A stretch of 64,000 nucleotides of DNA from assembly GCF_964355755.1 (NCBI RefSeq), contig NC_092678.1, positions 10,600,352-10,664,351 on the forward strand, written 5' to 3'. The position numbers were made by a program, and so were the translations under genes. The stretch comes from Antedon mediterranea (taxonomy: Eukaryota > Animalia > Echinodermata). Shown in pieces: positions 1-13,778 of the stretch (within the stretch, counting starts at the first letter, position 1; each line of letters opens with the position of its first letter). The notes under the pieces were generated by a model that was not told the DNA's origin, did no database searches, and saw nothing but the letters and a program-made list of their open reading frames with translations.

Positions 1-3000
1 ATGTTAAAAAGTTTTTTCGAAAATCACAAAATGGTCTAAAACGTCTCCAAATGCGATTTGAAGATATTCTGAGCACTTTGGTGTTTTTATGTTAAAAAGT
101 TTTTTCGAAAATCACAAAATTGTCTAAAACGTCTCCAAATGCGATTTGAAGCTATTCTGTACCCTTTGATGTTTTGTGTGAAAAAGTTTTGTCGAAATGC
201 TCAAAATGGTCTAAAACGTTTTTAAAACGATATAAAGCTATTTTGTGCTCTTTGATGTTTTTGTGTAACCAAGTTTTTTCGAAAATCACAAAATGGTCTA
301 AAACGTCTCCAAATGCGATTTGAAGCTTTTCTAAGCACTTTGGTGTTTTTATGTTAACAAGTTTTTTCGAAAATCACAAAATGGTCTAAAACGTTTTAAA
401 ATGCGATTTGAAGGTATTCTGAGCACTTTGGTGTTTTTGTGTGAAAAGTTTTAACGAAATGCTCAAAATGGTCTAAAACGGTTTCTAATGTGATTTTAAC
501 CACTTTGATGTTTTTGTGTAACCAAGTTTTTTCGAAAATCACAAAATGGTCTAAAACGTCTCCAAATGCGATTTGAAGCTTTTCTAAGCACTTTGGTGTT
601 TTTATGTTAACAAGTTTTTTCGAAAATCACAAAATGGTCTAAAACGTCTCCAAATGCGATTTGAAGCTATTCTGTACACTTTGATGTTTTGTGTGAAAAA
701 GTTTCTCGAAATGCTCAAAATGGTCTAAAACGTTTTCCAATACCATATTAAGCTATTTTGTGCAATTTGATGTTTTTGTGTAACCAAGTTTTTTGAAATG
801 CGATATTAAGATATTCTGAGCACTTTGGTGTTTTTATGTTAAAAAGTTTTTTCGAAAATCACAAAATGGTCTAAAACGTCTCCAAATGCGATTTGAAGAT
901 ATTCTGAGCACTTTGGTGTTTTTATGTTAAAAAGTTTTTTCGAAAATCACAAAATGGTCTAAAACGTCTCCAAATGCGATTTGAAGCTATTCTGTACACT
1001 TTGATGTTTTGTGTGAAAAAGTTTTGTCGAAATGCTCAAAATGGTCTAAAACGTTTTTAAAACGATATTAAGCTATTTTGTGCTCTTTGATGTTTTTGTG
1101 TAACCAAGTTTTTTCGAAAATCACGAAATGGTCTAAAACGTCTTCAAATGCGATTTGAAGCTTTTCTAAGCACTTTGGTGTTTTTATGTTAACAAGTTTT
1201 TTCGCAAATCACAAAATGGTCTAAAACGTCTCCAAATGCGATTTGAAGATATTCTGAGCACATTGGTGTTTTTATGTTAAAAAGTTTTGTCGAAATGCTC
1301 AAAATGGTCTAAAACGTTTTTAAAACGATATTAAGCTATTTTGTCCTCTTTGATGTTTTTATGTAACCAAGTTTCATCGAAATGAACAAAATGGTCTAAA
1401 ACGTCTCCAAATGCGATTTGAAGCTTTTCCAAGCACTTTGCTGTTTTTATGTTAACAAGTTTTTTCGAAAATCACAAAATGGTCTAAAACGTCTCAAAAT
1501 GCGATTTGAAGGTATTCTGAGCACTTTGGTGTTTTTGTGTGAAAAGTTTTAACGAAATGCTCAAAATGGTCTAAAACGGTTTCTAATGTGATTTTAAGCA
1601 CTTTGATGTTTTTGTATAACCAAGTTTCATCGAAATTCACAAAATGGTCTAAAACGTCTCCAAATGCGATTTTAAGCTTTTCTAAGCACTTTGGTGTTTT
1701 TATGTTAACAAGGTTTTTCGAAAATCACAAAATGGTCTAAAACGTCTCCAAATGCGATTTGAAGATATTCTGAGCACTTTGGTGTTTTTATGTTAACAAG
1801 TTTTTTCGAAAATCACAAAATGGTCTAAAACGTCTAAAAATACGATATTAAGCTGTTTTGTGCACTTTGATGATTTGTGTGAAAAGTTTTAACGAAATGC
1901 TCAAAATGGTCTAAAACGGTTTCTAATGTGATTTTAAGCACTTTGATGTTTTTATGTAGCCAAGTTTTTTCGAAAATCACAAAATGGTCAAAAACGTCTC
2001 CAAATGCGATTTGAAGCTTTTCTAAGCACTTTGGTTTTTTTATGTTAACAAGTTTTTTCGAAAATCACAAAATGGTCTAAAACGTCTTCAAATGCGATTT
2101 GAAGATATTCTGAGCACTTTGGTGTTTTTCTGTTAAAAAGTATTTTCGAAAATCACAAAATGGTCTAAAACGTCTCCAAATGCGATTTGAAGCTATTCTG
2201 TACACTTTGATGTTTTGTGTGAAAAAGTTTTGTCAAAATGCTCAAAATGGTCTAAAACGTTTTTAAAACGATATTAAGCTATTTTGTGCTCTTTGATGTG
2301 TTTGTATAACCAAGTTTTTTCGAAAATCACAAAATGGTCTAAAACGTCTCCAAATGCGATTTGAAGCTATTCTGTACACTTTTATGTTTTGTGTGAAAAG
2401 TTTTGTCGAAATGCTCAAAATGGTCTAAAACGTTTTTAAAACGATATTAAGCTATTTTGTGCTCTTTGATGTTTTTGTGTAACCAAGTTTCATCGAAATG
2501 AACAAAATGGTCTAAAACGTCTCCAAATGCGATTTGAAGCTTTTCTAAGCACTTTGGTGTTTTTATGTTAACAAGTTTTTTCGAAAATCACAAAATGGTC
2601 TAAAACGTCTCCAAATGCGATTTGAAGCTTTTCTAAGCACTTTGGTGTTTTTATGTTAACAAGTTTTTTCGAAAATCACAAAATGGTCTAAAACGTCTCA
2701 AAATGCGATTTGAAGGTATTCTGAGCACTTTGGTGTTTTTGTGTGAAAAGTTTTAACGAAATGCTCAAAATGGTCTAAAACGGTTTCTAATGTGATTTTA
2801 ACCACTTTGATGTTTTTGTGTAACCAAGTTCTTTTCGAAAATCACAAAATGGTCTAAAACGTCTCCAAATGCGATTTGAAGCTCTTCTGTACACTTTGAT
2901 GTTTTGTGTGAAAAAGTTTTGTCGAAATGCTCAAAATGGTCTAAAACGTTTTTAAATACGATATTAAGCTGTTTTGTGCACTTTGATGATTTGTGTGAAA

Positions 3001-6000
3001 AGTTTTAACGAAATGCTCAAAATAGTCTATAACGGTTTCTAATGTGATTTTAAGCACTTTGATGTTTTTGTGTAATCAAGTTTTTTTGGAAATCACAAAA
3101 TGGTCTAAAACGTCTCCAAATGCGATTTGAAGCTTTTCTAAGCACTTTGGTGTTTTTATGTTAACAAGTTTTTTCGAAAATCACAAAATGGTCTAAAACG
3201 TCTCAAAATGCGATTTGAAGGTATTCTGAGCACTTTGGTGTTTTTGTGTGAAAAGTTTTAACGAAATGCTCAAAATGGTCTAAAACGGTTTCTAATGTGA
3301 TTTTAACCACTTTGATGTTTTTGTGTAACCAAGTTTTTTCGAAAATCACAAAATGGTCTAAAACGTCTCCAAATGCGATTTGAAGCTATTCTGTACACTT
3401 TGATGTTTTGTGTGAAAAAAGTTTTGTCGAAATGCTCAAAATGGTCTAAAACGTTTTTAAAACGATATTAAGCTATTTTATGCTCTTTGATGTTTTTGTG
3501 TAACCAAGTTTTTTCGAAAATCACAAAATTGTCTAAAACGTCTCCGAATGCGATTTGAAGCTCTTCTGTACACTTTGATGTTTTGTGTGAAAAAGTTTTC
3601 TCGGAATGCTAAAAATGGTATAAAAACGTTTTCCAATACCATATTAAGCTATTTTGTGCAATTTGATGTTTTTGTGTAACCAAGTTTTTTCAAAAATCAC
3701 AAAATTGTCTAAAACGTCTCCGAATGCGATTTGAAGCTCTTCTGTACACTTTGATGTTTTGTGTGAAAAAGTTTTCTCGAAATGCTAAAAATGGTCTAAA
3801 ACGTTTTCCAATACCATATTAAGCTATTTTGTGCAATTTGATGTTTTTGTGTAACAAAGTTTTTTCGAAAATCACAAAATGGTCTAAAACGTCTCCAAAT
3901 GCGATTTGAAGATATTCTGAGCACTTTGGTGTTTTTATGTTAAAAAGTTTTTTGGAAAATCACAAAATGGTCTAAAACGACTCCAAATGCGATTTGAAGC
4001 TATCCTGTACACTTTGATGTTTTGTGTGAAAAAGTTTTGTCGAAATGCTCAAAATGATCTAAAACGTTTTTAAAACGATATTAAGCTATTTTGTGCTCTT
4101 TGATGTTTTTGTGTATCCAAGTTTCATCGAAATGAACAAAATGGTCTAAAACGTCTCCAAATGCGATTTGAAGGTATTCTGAGCACTTTGGTGTTTTTGT
4201 GTGAAAAGTTTTAACGAAATGCTCAAAATGGTCTAAAACGGTTTCTAATGTGATTTTAACCACTTTGATGTTTTTGTGTAACCAAGTTCTTTTCGAAAAT
4301 CACAAAATGGTCTAAAACGTCTCCAAATGCGATTTGAAGCTTTTCTAAGCACTTTGGTGTTTTTATGTTAAAAAGTTTTTTCGAAAATCACAAAATGGTC
4401 TAAAACGTCTCCAAATGCGATTTGAAGCTCTTCTGTACACTTTGATGTTTTGTGTGAAAAAGTTTTGTCGAAATGCTCAAAATGGTCTAAAACGTTTTTA
4501 AATACGATATTAAGCTGTTTTGTGCACTTTGATGATTTGTGTGAAAAGTTTTAACGAAATGTTCAAAATAGTCTAAAACGGTTTCTAATGTGATTTTAGG
4601 CACTTTGATGTTTTTGTGTAACCAAGTTTTTTCGGAAATCACAAAATGGTCTAAAACGTCTCAAAATGCGATTTGAAGCTTTTCTAAGCACTTTGGTGTT
4701 TTTATGTTAACAAGTTTTTTCGAAAATCACAAAATGGTCTAAAACGTCTCAAAATGCGATTGAAGGTATTCTGAGCACTTTGGTGTTTTTGTGTGAAAAG
4801 TTTTAACGAAATGCTCAAAATGGTCTAAAACGGTTCTAATGTGATTTTAAGCACTTTGATGTTTTTGTATAACCAAGTTTCATCGAAATGCTCAAAATGA
4901 TGTAAAACGTTTTTAAAACGATATTAAGCTATTTTGTGCTCTTTGATGTTTTTGTGTAACCAAGTTTTTTCGAAAATCACAAAATGGTCTAAAACGTCTC
5001 CAAATGCGATTTGAAGCTTTTCTAAGCACTTTGGTGTTTTTATGTTAACAAGTTTTTTCGAAAATCACAAAATGGTCTAAAACGTCTCAAAATGCGATTT
5101 GAAGGTATTCTGAGCACTTTGGTGTTTTTGTGTGAAAAGTTTTAACGAAATGCTCAAAATGGTCTAAAACGGTTTCTAATGTGATTTTAACCACTTTGAT
5201 GTTTTTGTGTAACAAAGTTTTTTCGAAAATCACAAAATGGTCTAAAACGTCTCCAAATGCGATTTGAAGCTTTTCTAAGCACTTTGGTGTTTTTATGTTA
5301 ACAAGTTTTTTCGAAAATCACAAAATGGTCTAAAACGTCTCAAATAGCGATTTGAAGCTATTCTGTACACTTTGATGTTTTGTGTTAAACAAGTTTTTTC
5401 GAAAATCACAAAATGGTCTAAAACGTCTCAAAATGCGATTTGAAGGTATTCTGAGCACTTTGGTGTTTTTGTGTGAAAAGTTTTAACGAAATGCTCAAAA
5501 TGGTCTAAAACGGTTTCTAATGTGATTTTAAGCACTTTGATGTTTTTGTGTAACCAAGTTTTTTCGAAAATCACAAAATGGTCTAAAACGTCTCCAAATG
5601 CGATTTGAAGCTATTCTGTACACTTTGATGTTTTGTGTGAAAAAGTTTTGTCGAAATGCTCAAAATGGTTTAAAACGTTTTTAAAACGATATTAAGTTAT
5701 TTTGTGCTCTTTGATGTTTTTGTGTAACCAAGTTTCATCGAAATGAACAAAATGGTCTAAAACGTCTCCAAATGCGATTTGAAGCTTTTCCAAGCACTTT
5801 GCTGTTTTTATGTTAACAAGTTTTTTCGAAAATCACAAAATGGTGTAAAACGTCTCAAAACGCGATTTGAAGGTATTCTGAGCACTTTGGTGTTTTTGTG
5901 TGAAAAGTTTTAACGAAATGCTCAAAATGGTCTAAAACGGTTCTAATGTGATTTTAAGCTATTCTAGACACTTTGATGTTTTGTGTGAAAAAGTTTTCTC

Positions 6001-9000
6001 GAAATGCTCAAAATGGTCTAAAACGTTTTCCAATACCATATTAAGCTATTTTGTGCAATTTGATGTTTTTGTGTAACCAAGTTTTTTGAAATGCGATTTG
6101 AAGATATTCTGAGGACTTTGGTGTTTTTATGTTAAAAAGTTTTTTCGAAAATCACAAAATGGTCTAAAACGTCTCCAAATGCGATTTGAAGATATTCTGA
6201 GCACTTTGGTGTTTTTATGTTAAAAAGTTTTTTCGAAAATCACAAAATGGTCTAAAACGTCTCCAAATGCGAGTTGAAGCTATTCTGTACACTTTGATGT
6301 TTTGTGTGAAAAAGTTTTGTCGAAATGCTCAAAATGGTCTAAAACGTTTTTAAAACGATATTAAGCTATTTTGTGCTCTTTGATGTTTTTGTGTAACCAA
6401 GTTTTTTCGAAAATCACAAAATGGTCTAAAACGTCTCCAAATGCGATTTGAAGCTTTTCTAAGCACTTTGGTGTTTTTATGTTAACAAGTTTTTTCGCAA
6501 ATCACAAAATGGTCTAAAACGTCTCCAAATGCGATTTGAAGATATTCTGAGCACATTGGTGTTTTTATGTTAAAAAGTTTTTTCGAAAATCACAAAATGG
6601 TCTAAAACGTTTCCAAATGCGATTTGAAGCTCTTCTGTAGACTTTGATGTTTTGTGTGAAAAAGTTTTTTCGAAATGCTCAAAATGGTCTAAAACGTTTT
6701 TAAATACGATATTAAGCTGTTTTGTGCACTTTGATGGTTTGTGTGAAAAGTTTTAACGAAATGCTCAAAATGGTCAAAAACGGTTTCTAATGTGATTTTA
6801 AGCACTTTGATGTTTTTGTGTAACCAAGTTTTTTCGAAAATCACAAATTGGTCTAAAACGTCTCCAAATGCGATTTGAAGCTTTTCTAAACACTTTGGTG
6901 CTTTTATGTTAACAAGTTTTTTCGAAAATCACAAAATGGTCTAAAACGTCTCCAAATGCGATTTGAAGCTTTTCTAAACACTTTGGTGTTTTTATGTTAA
7001 CAAGTTTTTTCGAAAATCACAAAATGGTCTAAAACGTCTCCAAATGCGATTTGAAGATATTCTGTACACTTTGATGTTTTGTGTGAAAAAGTTTTCTCGA
7101 AATGCTCAAAATGGTCTAAAACGTTTTCCAATACCATATTAAGCTATTTTGTGCAATTTGATGTTTTTATGTAACCAAGTTTTTTGAAATGCGATTTGAA
7201 GATATTCTGAGCACTTTGGTGTTTTTATGTTAAAAAGTTTTTTCGAAAATCACAAAATGGTCTAAAACGTCTCCAAATGCGATTTGAAGATATTCTGAGC
7301 ACTTTGGTGTTTTTATGTTAAAAAGTTTTTTCGAAAATCACAAAATGGTCTAAAACGTCTCCAAATGCGATTTGAAGCTATTCTGTACACTTTGATGTTT
7401 TGTGTGAAAAAGTTTTGTCGAAATGCTCAAAATGGTCTAAAACGTTTTTAAAACGATATTAAGCTATTTTGTGCTCTTTGATGTTTTTGTGTAACCAAGT
7501 TTTTTCGAAAATCACAAAATGGTCTAAAACGTCTCCAAATGCGATTTGAAGCTTTTCTAAGCACTTTGGTGTTTTTATGTTAACAAGTTTTTTCGAAAAT
7601 CACAAAATGGTCTAAAACGTCTCAAAATGCGATTTGAAGGTATTCTGAGCACTTTGGTGTTTTTGTGTGAAAAGTTTTAACGAAATGCTCAAAATGGTCT
7701 AAAACGGTTTCTAATGTGATTTTAAGCACTTTGATGTTTTTGTGTAACCAAGTTTTTTCGAAAATCACAAAATGGTCTAAAACGTCTCCAAATGCGATTT
7801 GAAGCTATTCTGTACACTTTGATGTTTTGTGTGAAAAAAGTTTTGTCGAAATGCTCAAAATGGTCTAAAACGTTTTTAAAACGATATTGAGCTATTTTGT
7901 GCTCTTTGATGTTTTTGTGTAACCAAGTTTTATCGAAATGAACAAAATGGTCTAAAACGTCTCCAAATGCGATTTGAAGCTTTTCCAAGCACTTTGCTGT
8001 TTTTATGTTAACAGGTTTTTTCGAAAATCACAAAATGGTCTAAAACGTCTCAAAATGCGAATTGAAGGTATTCTGAGCACTTTGGTGTTTTTGTGTGAAA
8101 AGTTTTAATGAAATGCTCAAAATTGTCTAAAACGGTTTCTAATGTGATTTTAAGCACTTTGATGTTTTTGTAAAACCAAGTTTCATCGAAATGCACAAAA
8201 TGGTCTAAAATGTCTCCAAATGCGATTTTAAGCTTTTCCAAGCACTTTGCTGTTTTTATGTTAACAAGCTTTTTCGAAAATCACAAAATGGTCTAAAACG
8301 TCTCCAAATGCGATTTGAAGATATTCTGAGCACTTTGGTGTTTTTATGTTAAAAAGTTTTTTCGAAAATCACAAAATGGTCTAAAACGTCTCCAAATGCG
8401 ATTTGAAGATATTCTGAGAACTTTGGTGTTTTTATGTTAAAAAGTTTTTTCGAAAATCACAAAATGGTCTAAAACGTCTCCAAATGCGATTTGAAGCTAT
8501 TCTGTACACTTTGATGTTTTGTGTGAAAAAGTTTTGTCGAAATGCTCAAAATGGTTTAAAACGTTTTTAAAACGATATTAAGCTATTTTGTGCTCTTTGA
8601 TGTTTTTGTATAACCAAGTTTCATCGAAATGCACAAAATGGTCTAAAACGTCTCCAAATGCGATTTGAAGCTTTTCTAAGCACTTTGCTGTTTTTATGTT
8701 AACAAGTTTTTTCGAAAATCACAAAATGGTCTAAAACGTCTCCAAATGCGATTTGAAGATATTCTGAGCACTTTGGTGTTTTTATGTTAAAAAGTTTTTT
8801 CGAAAATCACAAAATGGTCTAAAACGTCTCCAAATGCGATTTGAAGATATTCTGAGCACTTTGGTGTTTTTATGTTAAAAAGTTTTTTCGAAAATCACAA
8901 AATTGTCTAAAACGTCTCCAAATGCGATTTGAAGCTATTCTGTACCCTTTGATGTTTTGTGTGAAAAAGTTTTGTCGAAATGCTCAAAATGGTCTAAAAC

Positions 9001-12000
9001 GTTTTTAAAACGATATAAAGCTATTTTGTGCTCTTTGATGTTTTTGTGTAACCAAGTTTTTTCGAAAATCACAAAATGGTCTAAAACGTCTCCAAATGCG
9101 ATTTGAAGCTTTTCTAAGCACTTTGGTGTTTTTATGTTAACAAGTTTTTTCGAAAATCACAAAATGGTCTAAAACGTTTTAAAATGCGATTTGAAGGTAT
9201 TCTGAGCACTTTGGTGTTTTTGTGTGAAAAGTTTTAACGAAATGCTCAAAATGGTCTAAAACGGTTTCTAATGTGATTTTAACCACTTTGATGTTTTTGT
9301 GTAACAAAGTTTTTTCGAAAATCACAAAATGGTCTAAAACGTCTCCAAATGCGATTTGAAGCTTTTCTAAGCACTTTGGTGTTTTTATGTTAACAAGTTT
9401 TTTCGAAAATCACAAAATGGTCTAAAACGTCTCCAAATGCGATTTGAAGCTATTCTGTACACTTTGATGTTTTGTGTGAAAAAGTTTCTCGAAATGCTCA
9501 AAATGGTCTAAAACGTTTTCCAATACCATATTAAGCTATTTTGTGCAATTTGATGTTTTTGTGTAACCAAGTTTTTTGAAATGCGATATTAAGATATTCT
9601 GAGCACTTTGGTGTTTTTATGTTAAAAAGTTTTTTCGAAAATCACAAAATGGTCTAAAACGTCTCCAAATGCGATTTGAAGATATTCTGAGCACTTTGGT
9701 GTTTTTATGTTAAAAAGTTTTTTCGAAAATCACAAAATGGTCTAAAACGTCTCCAAATGCGATTTGAAGCTATTCTGTACACTTTGATGTTTTGTGTGAA
9801 AAAGTTTTGTCGAAATGCTCAAAATGGTCTAAAACGTTTTTAAAACGATATTAAGCTATTTTGTGCTCTTTGATGTTTTTGTGTAACCAAGTTTTTTCGA
9901 AAATCACGAAATGGTCTAAAACGTCTTCAAATGCGATTTGAAGCTTTTCTAAGCACTTTGGTGTTTTTATGTTAACAAGTTTTTTCGCAAATCACAAAAT
10001 GGTCTAAAACGTCTCCAAATGCGATTTGAAGATATTCTGAGCACATTGGTGTTTTTATGTTAAAAAGTTTTGTCGAAATGCTCAAAATGGTCTAAAACGT
10101 TTTTAAAACTATATTAAGCTATTTTGTCCTCTTTGATGTTTTTATGTAACCAAGTTTCATCGAAATGAACAAAATGGTCTAAAACGTCTCCAAATGCGAT
10201 TTGAAGCTTTTCCAAGCACTTTGCTGTTTTTATGTTAACAAGTTTTTTCGAAAATCACAAAATGGTCTAAAACGTCTCAAAATGCGATTTGAAGGTATTC
10301 TGAGCACTTTGGTGTTTTTGTGTGAAAAGTTTTAACGAAATGCTCAAAATGGTCTAAAACGGTTTCTAATGTGATTTTAAGCACTTTGATGTTTTTGTAT
10401 AACCAAGTTTCATCGAAATTCACAAAATGGTCTAAAACGTCTCCAAATGCGATTTTAAGCTTTTCTAAGCACTTTGGTGTTTTTATGTTAACAAGGTTTT
10501 TCGAAAATCACAAAATGGTCTAAAACGTCTCCAAATGCGATTTGAAGATATTCTGAGCACTTTGGTGTTTTTATGTTAACAAGTTTTTTCGAAAATCACA
10601 AAATGGTCTAAAACGTCTAAAAATACGATATTAAGCTGTTTTGTGCACTTTGATGATTTGTGTGAAAAGTTTTAACGAAATGCTCAAAATGGTCTAAAAC
10701 GGTTTCTAATGTGATTTTAAGCACTTTGATGTTTTTATGTAGCCAAGTTTTTTCGAAAATCACAAAATGGTCAAAAACGTCTCCAAATGCGATTTGAAGC
10801 TTTTCTAAGCACTTTGGTTTTTTTATGTTAACAAGTTTTTTCGAAAATCACAAAATGGTCTAAAACGTCTTCAAATGCGATTTGAAGATATTCTGAGCAC
10901 TTTGGTGTTTTTCTGTTAAAAAGTATTTTCGAAAATCACAAAATGGTCTAAAACGTCTCCAAATGCGATTTGAAGCTATTCTGTACACTTTGATGTTTTG
11001 TGTGAAAAAGTTTTGTCAAAATGCTCAAAATGGTCTAAAACGTTTTTAAAACGATATTAAGCTATTTTGTGCTCTTTGATGTGTTTGTATAACCAAGTTT
11101 TTTCGAAAATCACAAAATGGTCTAAAACGTCTCCAAATGCGATTTGAAGCTATTCTGTACACTTTGATGTTTTGTGTGAAAAGTTTTGTCGAAATGCTCA
11201 AAATGGTCTAAAACGTTTTTAAAACGATATTAAGCTATTTTGTGCTCTTTGATGTTTTTGTGTAACCAAGTTTCATCGAAATGAACAAAATGGTCTAAAA
11301 CGTCTCCAAATGCGATTTGAAGCTTTTCTAAGCACTTTGGTGTTTTTATGTTAACAAGTTTTTTCGAAAATCACAAAATGGTCTAAAACGTCTCCAAATG
11401 CGATTTGAAGCTTTTCTAAGCACTTTGGTGTTTTTATGTTAACAAGTTTTTTCGAAAATCACAAAATGGTCTAAAACGTCTCAAAATGCGATTTGAAGGT
11501 ATTCTGAGCACTTTGGTGTTTTTGTGTGAAAAGTTTTAACGAAATGCTCAAAATGGTCTAAAACGGTTTCTAATGTGATTTTAACCACTTTGATGTTTTT
11601 GTGTAACCAAGTTCTTTTCGAAAATCACAAAATGGTCTAAAACGTCTCCAAATGCGATTTGAAGCTCTTCTGTACACTTTGATGTTTTGTGTGAAAAAGT
11701 TTTGTCGAAATGCTCAAAATGGTCTAAAACGTTTTTAAATACGATATTAAGCTGTTTTGTGCACTTTGATGATTTGTGTGAAAAGTTTTAACGAAATGCT
11801 CAAAATAGTCTATAACGGTTTCTAATGTGATTTTAAGCACTTTGATGTTTTTGTGTAATCAAGTTTTTTTGGAAATCACAAAATGGTCTAAAACGTCTCC
11901 AAATGCGATTTGAAGCTTTTCTAAGCACTTTGGTGTTTTTATGTTAACAAGTTTTTTCGAAAATCACAAAATGGTCTAAAACGTCTCAAAATGCGATTTG

Positions 12001-13778
12001 AAGGTATTCTGAGCACTTTGGTGTTTTTGTGTGAAAAGTTTTAACGAAATGCTCAAAATGGTCTAAAACGGTTTCTAATGTGATTTTAACCACTTTGATG
12101 TTTTTGTGTAACCAAGTTTTTTCGAAAATCACAAAATGGTCTAAAACGTCTCCAAATGCGATTTGAAGCTATTCTGTACACTTTGATGTTTTGTGTGAAA
12201 AAAGTTTTGTCGAAATGCTCAAAATGGTCTAAAACGTTTTTAAAACGATATTAAGCTATTTTATGCTCTTTGATGTTTTTGTGTAACCAAGTTTTTTCGA
12301 AAATCACAAAATTGTCTAAAACGTCTCCGAATGCGATTTGAAGCTCTTCTGTACACTTTGATGTTTTGTGTGAAAAAGTTTTCTCGGAATGCTAAAAATG
12401 GTATAAAAACGTTTTCCAATACCATATTAAGCTATTTTGTGCAATTTGATGTTTTTGTGTAACCAAGTTTTTTCAAAAATCACAAAATTGTCTAAAACGT
12501 CTCCGAATGCGATTTGAAGCTCTTCTGTACACTTTGATGTTTTGTGTGAAAAAGTTTTCTCGAAATGCTAAAAATGGTCTAAAACGTTTTCCAATACCAT
12601 ATTAAGCTATTTTGTGCAATTTGATGTTTTTGTGTAACAAAGTTTTTTCGAAAATCACAAAATGGTCTAAAACGTCTCCAAATGCGATTTGAAGATATTC
12701 TGAGCACTTTGGTGTTTTTATGTTAAAAAGTTTTTTGGAAAATCACAAAATGGTCTAAAACGACTCCAAATGCGATTTGAAGCTATCCTGTACACTTTGA
12801 TGTTTTGTGTGAAAAAGTTTTGTCGAAATGCTCAAAATGATCTAAAACGTTTTTAAAACGATATTAAGCTATTTTGTGCTCTTTGATGTTTTTGTGTATC
12901 CAAGTTTCATCGAAATGAACAAAATGGTCTAAAACGTCTCCAAATGCGATTTGAAGGTATTCTGAGCACTTTGGTGTTTTTGTGTGAAAAGTTTTAACGA
13001 AATGCTCAAAATGGTCTAAAACGGTTTCTAATGTGATTTTAACCACTTTGATGTTTTTGTGTAACCAAGTTCTTTTCGAAAATCACAAAATGGTCTAAAA
13101 CGTCTCCAAATGCGATTTGAAGCTTTTCTAAGCACTTTGGTGTTTTTATGTTAAAAAGTTTTTTCGAAAATCACAAAATGGTCTAAAACGTCTCCAAATG
13201 CGATTTGAAGCTCTTCTGTACACTTTGATGTTTTGTGTGAAAAAGTTTTGTCGAAATGCTCAAAATGGTCTAAAACGTTTTTAAATACGATATTAAGCTG
13301 TTTTGTGCACTTTGATGATTTGTGTGAAAAGTTTTAACGAAATGTTCAAAATAGTCTAAAACGGTTTCTAATGTGATTTTAGGCACTTTGATGTTTTTGT
13401 GTAACCAAGTTTTTTCGGAAATCACAAAATGGTCTAAAACGTCTCAAAATGCGATTTGAAGCTTTTCTAAGCACTTTGGTGTTTTTATGTTAACAAGTTT
13501 TTTCGAAAATCACAAAATGGTCTAAAACGTCTCAAAATGCGATTGAAGGTATTCTGAGCACTTTGGTGTTTTTGTGTGAAAAGTTTTAACGAAATGCTCA
13601 AAATGGTCTAAAACGGTTCTAATGTGATTTTAAGCACTTTGATGTTTTTGTATAACCAAGTTTCATCGAAATGCTCAAAATGATGTAAAACGTTTTTAAA
13701 ACGATATTAAGCTATTTTGTGCTCTTTGATGTTTTTGTGTAACCAAGTTTTTTCGAAAATCACAAAATGGTCTAAAAC
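1..13778. repeat. Near-identical block repeat at offset 8783 (1 to ~4995 matches 8784 to ~13778)
   Basis: Rare variants coincide at the offset: TGTACCCTTT (161/8944) and TTTAGGCAC (4599/13382). The ORF pair 4081/12864 agrees. Confidence 0.9.

Noticed and set aside
15-31. CENP-B box starting at TTCG
   Set aside because: TTTCGAAAATCACAAAA matches only TTCG of NTTCGNNNNANNCGGGN. The A and CGGG positions are missing.
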